Assembly: GCA_976226885.1 (NCBI GenBank)
Contig: OZ320317.1
Location: forward strand, 49,414,001-49,478,000
Length of the DNA stretch: 64,000 nucleotides
Direction of reading: 5' to 3'
Origin: Iphione sp. A-MEVVRFRX5
Taxonomy: Eukaryota
Part shown: piece by piece, positions 27,257 to 38,172 of the stretch
Layout: each line of letters opens with the position of its first letter
Numbering within the stretch: the stretch's first letter is position 1
Notes under the pieces: generated by a model
What the model saw: only the letters and a program-made list of their open reading frames with translations
The model's database searches: none
What the model was told of the DNA's origin: nothing
Translations under genes and position numbers: made by a program

Positions 27257-27880
27257 TTACCTACTTTTACCCTCCCATTTAATCAAACATAATTGAAATT
27301 GTTCAAGCCACTTCCTGGAAATTCTTAAGTTTTGATGACAACCATCTACCAGTGATAAGTAACGGTTGATTACTTTACCTTTCTTCATAAAATGTGAATG
27401 ATTATGAACACTAGGTGTGAAGTTACCATACATTTTGTTAAACAAAATTATTTTTCTGTTTACCTCCCAGATTATGTTATTGAGCACCATCTGTCTGTGT
27501 TTGGTAAATGTAGCAAATGAATAACACTTCCAATCAATGCCCACTAGGGGACATAACACTATTTCCCCTTTCCCCCCACTTATGACTGTTGTTGTAAGTG
27601 TGCGCAAAACATCTTGGTAGTAGTCCATATACTCTGAAACACTATCATAGCATAATTGTATCTCTCCCTTCTCACGGACAGTGATATCACAGATACCCAT
27701 GTGCAAAAGAAATAGATCATACTGGCCTGTCACTGTGTTGGATAGAATATCAAACACTTGAGAATAGTTCAAGCCAGGAATGATGGAAAAGGTCACTTCC
27801 ATTCCATGTTGCATCTCACGTTCCCATATTTTAGACACATCCCTGCCTCTGGAGTCAGCTAGATACAGAATGTTTCTCAT
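27257..27880 (-). CDS. LINE ORF1, SGNH/GDSL-like esterase (207 aa)
   Basis: Block I-like LYLADSRG, block II-like IIPG, block III-like GICD and block V DGCH, in the right order and spacing. Stops 32 nt before the ORF2 ATG. Esterase ORF1 domains are established for CR1/L2 elements such as ZfL2-1. Confidence 0.8.
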   Translation of the reverse strand: MRNILYLADSRGRDVSKIWEREMQHGMEVTFSIIPGLNYSQVFDILSNTVTGQYDLFLLHMGICDITVREKGEIQLCYDSVSEYMDYYQDVLRTLTTTVISGGKGEIVLCPLVGIDWKCYSFATFTKHRQMVLNNIIWEVNRKIILFNKMYGNFTPSVHNHSHFMKKGKVINRYLSLVDGCHQNLRISRKWLEQFQLCLIKWEGKSR

Positions 27881-27956
27881 AGCGCCTAGAACATAAATCA
27901 GACAAAGGAAATATAAATCAATTCACTGAAGTTAATTGGTAACTTGCGTTTACAAT

Positions 27957-28002
27957 ACCAGCCTGGAGTTCTACCCTGCCGCATTTCTGGTTGTCGAAGC
28001 TT
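27957..28002. repeat. Right copy of 46-bp direct repeat flanking the LINE
   Basis: Identical to 23790-23835. Confidence 0.9.
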
Positions 28003-28249
28003 AACGACTTTAGAAAAACTCTTGATAGCAAAATTTCTCCGCTGTATTAGTTTAAAGGGCGCATATTTGTACTGAACAGAAAGACAGACAGAAAGGCTAG
28101 TGGTCATCGGATTGAAGAGCCACTACCTGCAAATTATAAACAGGAAATAAAGTTTCGTACTCTTATTAAACCTTGCTGCAGGTAAACAGCTGCACCACAA
28201 AGCTAGCTCTACACACTGGTCATGTCTTACTACATCCATCAGAAAGGAG

Positions 28250-28325
28250 GGTGTGGAGTTAGCTCAGTAATAGAGCACTGATCCACTCACTGAGAGGTTA
28301 CAGGTTCAATCCTGGGCTTGGAACT
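28250..28325 (+). mobile_element. tRNA-derived SINE head or tRNA pseudogene
   Basis: Pol III A box TAGCTCAGTAATAG (28260-28273) and B box GGTTCAATCC (28303-28312) at tRNA-like spacing. No convincing acceptor stem or anticodon arm. Confidence 0.6.
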
Positions 28326-28330
28326 CTTGG

Positions 28331-28380
28331 TCACAACCAGACAGATTTACTGTAGTCACAACCAGACAGATTTACTGTAG
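28331..28380. repeat. Perfect 25-bp tandem duplication
   Basis: tcacaaccagacagatttactgtag occurs twice, directly after the tRNA-like head. Confidence 0.9.
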
Positions 28381-31300
28381 CCCCAACCCAGAGTGGTCCA
28401 CAACTTGTAAAAAAGCTGTAGGTATATATGATTCTGTTCCCTATGCACAAAAGAACCCAGAAGCTTATTCAAAATAAGAGTAGGGGATAACCCCAGATAT
28501 TTTGGTCTCTCAATGCTCAATAATAGATGGTAGTATGCTACCCCAGGACGATATGGCAGAGCCCTATCCTGATGACAGGTGAATTTATTCCTGGTTAGAG
28601 ATACAATCAAATAATATAAAACATACACACATTTTTATCCATGGCCTTTGCCTCATGTGCAAATCCTGTATTACTGCATGTTACATTCATATGTACTTTT
28701 AACTGAAAGGAGTAAATCGTTCTGTATGAAGATGTTAGGAATGTAGAAATTCCTTCTTTTTTCGGAAAGAACATTAAAGATATAGCGTTTGGCGGAATAT
28801 TCATGCCAATGAACCGATCAAAGGTGTTTTGAAGCGAGAAAATGTGATATCTGACAGAGGATGGCACATTCAGCTAAAGAAGTTTTATGGTTCCGTCAAG
28901 TGTAACGATAAAGCTTCCATTGCTGTTCTGTCAGGCGCCCCCGGCAAAGAAACTTGATACGCACAAACTTCGACGGACTTGTTTCTTTCTGGGGACTGTT
29001 CTCACCACGGTCGTGTCGGTGCCAGTTTCGGCAGACGACCACCAGGAATCCGAGACTCCTCGGGGACCGGAGGCAGGCGGCTGCTTGTGCCTCGTCCTGG
29101 TTCTCTGCACGTGCCCGCCTCCAGCAACCATTGCGGCCCTCCTAGGCCAGCAGAGGAGGGATTTTAATTATTTCGTGCAAGGTCAAGAAAAAGAGAAACT
29201 TTCAATGAGAAGCCGCCATCCCTGCGGTCCCTGCCGCGTTCCTGGACTTCGCAAATAAGACGAGAGGCCAGATGAGATGCAGCGTCGATCACATGGGCCT
29301 AGGATTGGAAGCCAACGTCTGGCACCCAAAGCCCTTCTGTTGGATCCAAACAGGGCTTTGGTTATGTTGTTGCTGACATACCAGGCCTAACATTTACTGG
29401 CAGTAAACTGGGGAGATCCGAACTGGAGCTAATGTGCTATGCGAGCACCCATATACATCTATGTGCTCTTTGCGCCCTTGAGCTACCCTTGTCAACTCAC
29501 GCAGAAGCGTCCGCAGGCGATTTTGGACTCCACGGCAAAAAGGGGCAAGTGGAAAGGAGGACAGTGTATGGTTGGTGAGACAGAATGGGGCCATCCGCCA
29601 TGAGGAAATAGGTAGAAGTCCAAGGTGGGAAAGAGGTTTCCGCTTCAAATCATCTCTATCTTAGCACTCAGTCTCAGAAGGGTTCTTCCAAAGGCAGTGA
29701 ACCGTTACGCCACTCACCCGGTCGTGTCTGGGGCCCTGCCCGCCTAGAAGATGCCCTAGCCCGGGTCAGATTAGGCCTACTTTCGCGAGATGCCATCATG
29801 TTCGTGGCTCCAAGCGCACAGGCGGGTACGCTCGCGTTTGGTGGTCGATTAAATTTCTATCACTCCCTTGGGTCTCGTCGTCGTCGCCATCTCGCGCGGC
29901 TGCCCAGGCAGATTGTTAGGCCGTAATTCACCGAGGCGATGAGGCCACGTCAATATGGCGCCGTAATCAGAATGTGCGGAGCCTTGATCCTAGACTTGTT
30001 ACCGCCATGTCCGCCTCGGCTTGGAGGAGCAAACACCCCGTTATCACTCGGTCACCCCAGAGGTCTCCTGTGCTTCTGCTTCCAAGCACGAGACTTTTGG
30101 CGCCTCTTCTAATGCGGTCCGTATCAGTCCCTGCTCTTTCAGCATGTGTACTTCCCATACATAGCCTCTCCTGGGTTAGTAAGCACACGCGTGTAATACC
30201 ATTCCATTGAATGACCATGTTTGCTGTTCTTCTTTACACAGTCACGATGAAGAACATTTTATTTAGGCAAAACTCCTCGAGGGATAATCTTTGTCGATAC
30301 TGTGCAGACACGATAAGAGTGGTATAATCCACTTATCCTATTATCGTTTCCTCCCATTAACCGCGATACACTCTCACATAAAAGCGGATGTACTTCGTCT
30401 TGAAATATTGTGGAAGACTCTTCTTATCAAGGCACAACGCATTGACTGCACGCAGATAACATGATAGAAACAGAAACAGAAGTTCCAACCACATCAACAG
30501 ACTTGTTTTCCTGTAACTTTAACTCCCATTTTCCATTTTCCGATTGCCCTGCTCCTTTGACCTAACAATATCGACTTCTGTACCTTCCAATCTTTATCCA
30601 GTGCTCGGATCTTGCAATGGGACCCCGCCGAGCGGCATGGCCGGATCCATCGCCTGTGTTTGTTTTAACGTGAGATCCCCCTGGCGGGCGGGCAATCACC
30701 TAAAGACGATAACCCGATGCCGGTCGGCCCTCCCCAATGATCCCTCATCAGCGGGTACCTCATGTGAACCTTTGTCCGCGCGAATCCCTCCGCTAGCGTC
30801 ACACTTGCAGGCTGCCACCTGACTCGTCCAAAGACCAACTCCCCCTATTAAAAAAAGCGAGTAAGAGGGACGAGTCGAGCCACTCGTGCCTGCTCAGTGA
30901 CATGCAGGTCACACCCAAAGCAATCGATCATTCTACCGACCTGCCATCACTCATCGTTATTGGCTCCGACTTGGGTGACCCTTTTTCGTAATTGGTTGCA
31001 GCCTTCAGTAGATCACTACGGAGATTTAAGCTCTCATCTCTCACCGACAAATATAGAAATCTCCCAATCAGAAAGGGAGTCGCATCTGGTCCGCTGGACA
31101 TAGAGGATGCTGTGAACGAGGCGCTTTTCGCCCGCCCCTTATCCCCACGAGGACCAACGTTTCCACCTCTATTATGCGTTACTTGTTGACCAATTTCTGA
31201 TAGTTCAGGTCAGGAAAAGCTCGACATTGAGAGTCTAGTGTGTGTTCCGGCTGTAAGTGACTGGTGCTGAATTGTGGAAGGGAGCAGCCACATCGACAGG

Positions 31301-32991
31301 TCAATATATCAAAGGTTGAGTCAGGGTGAATGTCTATTCATGAGGTTTTTTTTGTGGCGTGGATAAAAGCAAGAGACAAACATATGCCTTTTAAATAGGT
31401 CCTGGCAGTCAGGAGTGTGTTCGCTGCGCTGGCTGTTTTTGGTAATGTTCGCGGCCCAATCTTCCCAGGGTTGAATTAGGTCATGGTGGCTTTGCCTTGA
31501 GCCCGGTTGGATCCTGACTCCTCCTTGCACCCAACCCCAAGACACCCATAGATTCATTCACTGCAGCCCAGCGCAAATTTTACGCCAAAGTCGGCGACAT
31601 TCAGCGGTAGACGTGTGATCAGAAGCCCTGCTGCCCTAATGGCTGCACGTCCCCAGGCCCTCTATCGGACAACTAGCTTTGATTTAGGGTCAAGAGGTCA
31701 AGATTAAACGTCGCCTGGGATAAGGACAGTGCGCCCTCTGACGTCAGCATGTCACTCTTCAACAGAGGAGAGCAGCTTAACTGCGCAAATGTCGGGTCAG
31801 ATCTCAGAAAGGCTTTCACGGCTATATGAAGGGTCATAGCACTGACATTTTGGCAGGTTGTGCTGCACATGAAGGCCCAATTGAGAGAACAGGAAAGCCT
31901 AAACGTTCTCTTTTTTGGTTCAGAACCTCTCCATTATGCTCCTAAGACATATGATGAATAATTCCGGAAAACATCTACATGTATATATTAGGGTTCACCC
32001 GAGAACGATAAACAATAGTCCCGGATTTGATGGAAAAATAAAAGAGATGAGAGGTCCGAAAGGCACATGTAGTAAGAGGGCGGCTGATGCTTTCAGGGAG
32101 ACAGGATGGCAGACTCTGTCTGCTGTGGGCGTCTCTGTTCTGCGGCCAAAAGCCCATCAAGAGCAATTGGCAGATATGCACCTGGGAGGTGCCTTAAATT
32201 CTATCATCTTCTTCGTCAGTTCGGGCCCTTTGTCGGTCTCGTCGTGTTTCGGCTGCGCGCGGCCTCTTTCTTCAATCAGTCGCGATTAGCTTCACAGGTC
32301 ACTCGCGTCGGCAGATAGGGCACGCACATGGCAGGCCGCCTCAATCCAGTTAACGCAATTCAATTGCTCACTTGAAATAACCTCACGGACGCAATAATTC
32401 AATTTCCGCCGACACTTCCGGCTTGTTAAAACAAATGAACAATTTTTGTGGACCTACCCGACTATGACAGCGTTCGTGATTCAAATACCGACTGTGGCGA
32501 GGCAGAACGACGGTGAACTGAACTGGACCGGTTGTTCTCTAACAAACAGGCGCTGATCCACGCCAAAAATGTCGTCTGCCCTTTTTGTGCACTAGAGGCC
32601 TAGTACCAATTCTACTGCTGCTGTAGGCTTGTAAGTTATGTCCCCGTTGGTAGAAGTTATTTGATATGCAATCTCCTTACTAAGAACAGATTCAATCAAA
32701 CCGAACGATATGACTGAAAAGGAAAGCTCTCCGGGTATGCCTATATGGAATTGATCCATTTAAAGGATGTCTTAAGTTGACTGCTTCCGATAAACATCAC
32801 TTGATTTATGTCTGCCCGAGACTGCGTGAAAGGAACCTGGCAAGACAGGAACAACCTCTCAATTTGTAGAGTTTTCTTTCGTCGACCTCAGTGCTGGAGG
32901 TGCATACAGGACAATCTCGATAGTTCCAAGCCCGATTGCGTTTTTATTAACTTAAATCAAATGTGCATGCCCTCGGCGTGGTTTATATTCT

Positions 32992-33013
32992 TATATATAT
33001 ATATATATATATA
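32992..33013. repeat. (TA)n microsatellite
   Basis: About 11 TA units. Confidence 0.9.
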
Positions 33014-36000
33014 TTACATTGCAGCTAGAGAGTCACTCGTTCATCTTCAAATTCAATGCAAACTCCTATGTTCCAATAATATTGTGATCGTAACAAAACA
33101 CAAAATACAGCCGTCAATTAATTACTCCCCAACATAGCCCATGAATGATAAAAAAAATCCTTATTTATGGGCATTTTAACTATTACCGCGCCTAGACATT
33201 CTCGTATTTAATTGGGCTTTACTATTTCAACATTAATTTCTATTTTACTTGCACTGGATCTCCAGTGCAATCCAAAACTAGGGAGGGTATTGATTTTATC
33301 GCCAGGTTGAAAAGGAAAATAGAATTGATGATAAACTACATCGCCGATGCCTTTATTAGAAAGTCATTCTTTAGATCAAAATAGAAGTGATGGGCGGGCG
33401 TTGAAGGAGATGAATAATAGATAATTAGAAAGACATCATACAGACAAGATAATAAAATATGCGTATTCTGCAGACTTATCAGTAATCCAAAAGTTTGATT
33501 ATGTTGCATGCAAAACTTATATACATGATGTCTCCGACTTTAATATATGAGTGTAATACCTGATACATGTATAAATGCAGGTACTACAGCTGATATAAGT
33601 AAACGCATGCATGTAATATCTCTGACATGAAGGATGGTATAAGACAGAGTCCCATGCAATCTGTCAAGAAGACGATTACCGTCTCTTCCTCTAATTATTA
33701 CTTGGCTGATTGTTTCACAGGATTACATGTAGAGCTCATCACAGAGATTTAGATTAAAATTTCTGCTCCTCTATTTTGGCCTCGGTGTCTCTTTCTAGTG
33801 TAAGGCCTCAGCACATATCGATGCCGCAGTCCTCTGTACACTATGTTTCCTTGTCGTGGGAACGCGTCGGACTGCGGCCGTTGCAGCGGGCGTGCTCTCG
33901 CGCCCATCCCACGGATGACGGATCCTCGCAATGTGAACCATTCGACTGGCACTAATCAACGGCGTGTGCCCCCAATATCGCCCACATTTCCATCAGTCGT
34001 GCCATTTCACTTCGCCGGGATATATCGCCGTGGGAAACTGACGGCCATTGTCTACTAAGCCGCGCCAAACTTCAACGCTCTCACGACAATGAATTCATAT
34101 TCAGCTGTCCAAAGGAAAGGGCCATCACCACAACTTTCCTGTTACTGAAAGAAGCCGGATTCCAAAGTGTGCTTTCGTCAAATTAATAAACATGAACTAT
34201 ACACGGAAAGTAGAATGGGATATACATAATTTCTATTTTTGCTCCTATTGGTTCCCTCCTCATAGGTAGTGTATTAATACATGTATTTTGTACATGTATT
34301 TAAAATTAATATTGACAGCATTGACATTGATAACTGAGCAAAAGTTCTGCTTTTTTGTAATGGAGTCAACTTGAGCCCTTCTTAAAGGGCGCCAAAGTAA
34401 GTCTCGCTGCCTTCACGTGAAGTGGCAAATTCAAACCAACTGGGCATGTCTCCAGTTAGTACTATGGCAAATGCCTATACCCAAATCATTTTCTGTTTAT
34501 ACAACAAAACGTTTTGGTTCTTTTTGCCTAAAATTTCACAAGTGAATAGGTTTAAAGATAAGGATATTTTGATCTGATATAATTTATTAAAATATAAAAT
34601 ACAGGATTGCAGTAAAATGCTTCTGCATACTCGTAGATATGGGAGAGATGTACAACCACTGTAAATTTCAAAGAAAACAGTTTATCTTCGAGAGATATTG
34701 AAAGATCTGGCCCCATATATTAAGCATTGTGAGAAAAGACTGCCTGTGCCAAGCCCTTTTAACAACAGGAGGTAGAACTCGCGTGAGATTTGGCACCCTA
34801 TTAGCATCCGTCAATTCTCTGTCCCTCTCCATCTTAGAAAGATAGGGAGGGAGCAAACATGTCCAAATCTGTGTAAACTGTTAGTTCTTTCACGCAGATC
34901 TGAAGAAATTCTGTCAAAGTCTGTGTAAACTGAGTTTTTTTATGCAAATTTTAGGCAGATTAGATATTTCACATCATATATCATGTAATGGATAGTGTCT
35001 ATCCATATGAAAACGTCCTTCTTCCTTCACTACTTCCCTGTGTAGGTGTCCGGAGTACAGAGTCCAGAGAAATTTACAATATTCATTTTCAATCTCCAGT
35101 CACCTTAGGACACGGACCATGGACACCTGACTACTGACACATGGAACATCCTATGTTGATCATATTTTCCGAAAACACAGACTCCGTACAGTGGTCTGTA
35201 CCAAAATCTATACACATGAAAAGCCGGCCAAAGAGAATTTGGGCATATGGACTCCCTGTACATGTACATACAATGTGTACATGTACAAATGTACACGTAT
35301 ACATGTATAATAAACAGAAGTGTGCATAAAGAAAATATAGTGATCATCATTATGTATGTATAAGTAGTCAAATCAAGAGCCAATTGACTGTAATTCGAAA
35401 ACTTAGTGCTATCAGATAAAATCCACATATGGTGTTACATTCCTTCCATACTCTAAGACCTTGCCCGTAATATAATGGTTACTGTTAGCACCAATCCCAC
35501 AGTAATAATTCTCTCGTTGTTTAGCAATGCAGACATTTAATTATGTACAATAAATATTTATATATCATATTATATCATAGTCTACCACATTATGATAAAC
35601 AGTTATGATAATACAATAGACCATTACATTTTATGCACTCATTAATTATAATTTATCATATATTGTCTGTTATTTACTCAAACTACGAAGCTGTGATTAC
35701 ATATTTTTTTCATTAATCGATATTTTCTTGGAATACATATTTTTTCATTAATCTATATTTTCATGGAGCATTGAGCTGTACAAATATGTGTATGTGGTAA
35801 TCCTAGTCATGGTACAAGCAATCAGTAAAATTCAAGAACGATGGTGGTATTTACCTTGGGTAGAGTCTATCCCTTTACCTAAGTGATCCTACTTAAGTTA
35901 ACGTATGCTATAAGATACGTTAGAATTGGAGAAATTGCTGTTAGGAAGCTGGGTGGAAGGGAGGGATGGAGAGAGAGAGAAGATATGGGAGCCAGGGAGA

Positions 36001-37614
36001 GATCGGAAGGGGGCGCCATACAGACAGAAACCTGATTCCCGTGGTGAGTTTAAGTAACTGCTCGCTCAACGTTTTGATATGGCAGAGAATGAGAACCGCC
36101 CATGGTCATTATGTGGTGCTGCAGCAAGTTTTCGGGTCGCCGTGGTGACATAAACGGTGACAGGATAGAAAGAGGATCAAAACAACAAAGTCATTTCTTA
36201 GTTCTACAATGCATAATATTATGGATAGACACCACAAACAGGAAAAAGGATATGTATATAGAACCTTATAAGTGGGGACCCCCTTGGTTCCCAGTGAAAA
36301 TTCTAAGGATAGATAACAGCATTGGTGCAAGCAAAATCTATTAAAGAGGTGGACCCTTTTCTGGGGTAGGCCAATGCCAAAGTTCTCCGGTATTTGTGTA
36401 CAGCCTTCCCATGATATTCTGATGATTATATTTAAGCAACTATCAAAACAAAACATCTTTAACATTTCATTATGGTATCTAACATATAGTCTATTCATTA
36501 AGTGGAGAAATTATGAAAAAACAACCATAATAAGTACTTTGACTCAATTTACCATATTCCTCTTGTACCATCACTTATCTCGTCAATAATTATAAATTTA
36601 CATCACTTAACACTATATCATCCTACACACCGAATCATCGAATACTAACCTTTCACCAAAACTAGTAACAAAGTTCAAGATGTTACCATGTAAGAGAAAA
36701 TTACTTGCTTATCTCACAATATATAGATATTGACCTCAGAGCCCCAAGTAACAAAAGTGATATTGTTTGATCACATTGACTTGTATAGAAATTACTCATT
36801 GTTATTGTTTAACCTGTTAAAACCTGGCATGGTCCAGGTAAAATAAAGTTTCGACAAAAAAATAATAATGGTAAAACTATATATTTAGTTTCCACTGTAT
36901 ACACTAATACTTAACTATACCTTGAAGCACATCTACATAACTGCATATATAGGTCATGTTAGTATTGTTTCAGACATAACCATCGCTAGCTAAAGGATTT
37001 TGCCTTATTTTGCTATAATACATCAATCTCTGTAGGATTAGTAGAGCATATTCACAACGCGAACCGCTGAAGCATCACAGGCATGATACACATAGGGTAC
37101 TTTTTAACACAATGCTGTACATGTCAAAGATTGGGATTCCAAGCTTCCAGACCTTAAAGTGGGCACAAACAGAACTGAGGACAGTTGAAGAAAGGATATG
37201 TACAACTGCATTGTACAAATAACTCTGAATGTCACAATGCGGACACTGTCAGAATAGGGGCATGCCTTTGATATGGACACCTATGTAAAAACATATTCTA
37301 CTTTCCCTATATTAAAACAAAACTCAAATATGGACAAGTCTCACTTAGGGACTGTTTAGTAAAGAACCAAGGGTGTCCTGATTAGAGGCTTTCTTATGTA
37401 CATGTCTATGTGTACCCACATTGAGACATTATATATCCCGTGTATAACCACCCTGGTCGTATCGTGGAACATTTTAGTGAATGAAAAAATGTGGCAGAGC
37501 TGGAGTTAGTCAGGATCCATAAGTAATCAGACAAATGGAATTAATTCGACTAGGGACTGCGGTGCACTTTTCAGATTCACGGACGACATGAGAGAAGAAC
37601 GGGGAGTCTCACTT

Positions 37615-38172
37615 AGTGCTAGATTGGGCTGTGCCCCGCGGCTCCGGGAGGATCTGAGGTGGAGCACAGGGTAGGTAAGAAGGCAGGTCAGCGCCAAGCA
37701 TCTTAAACGTAGGAAGCGGCTTCAGGTTAGAGGGAATTTCAGAACCCCGGTCGGAGGATTAACCAGTAGCGAAGGAAGGAGCCCAGATAGAGAGAAGCAG
37801 TGTGTGTATAAGCCTGTACAGGCCTTGTAGTTAGGGGTTCGTGTGGTAGAGCGTATAGTGGGAGGGGCCTAGTAAAAGGCTAAACTGGATGAACAGCGAG
37901 CAAAGGACGCCTTAGAGCGCCAGGGTAGGACACCTGGCGAGACCTAATGGACGCAACGGTGCAGCTACATAGAAAGCCTTGAGGCCTTTAACAAGATGGC
38001 TGATGGCGCCTCTAGCAACCTGCAGGCGATAGGGTGACGTGCTCGGAAACATTAACTCCCAGCAGTGGCCAGAGGATTTACGCAAAGAAAAATGAAGCAT
38101 TGGCCTAACACACTGACCATAAATAAAACATGTTTCATTTGCCTTTCGGTAAAGTGAATATATCAAGTCCAC
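37615..38172 (-). pseudogene. Possible decayed tyrosine recombinase relic
   Basis: Ordered motifs HFSLRKS, QVARGAI, KGLK, CPTLAL and later YPVLHLRSSRSRGAQ parallel FFSLLRQS, QLTRGDI, KWSK, CPVAAM and YSLHSFRRGGAQ of the 62488 protein. Disrupted by stops and indels. Confidence 0.35.

Larger units (their letters stand above)
23836..27956 (-). mobile_element. Near full-length non-LTR retrotransposon (L2/CR1 group, Crack/Daphne-like)
   Basis: ORF1 (SGNH esterase) plus ORF2 (APE endonuclease and RT). The 3' end has AATAAA then short repeats GAAATCT GAATCT GAAATCTG. Bounded by identical 46-bp direct repeats. Clade assignment rests on motif style only. Confidence 0.92.
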
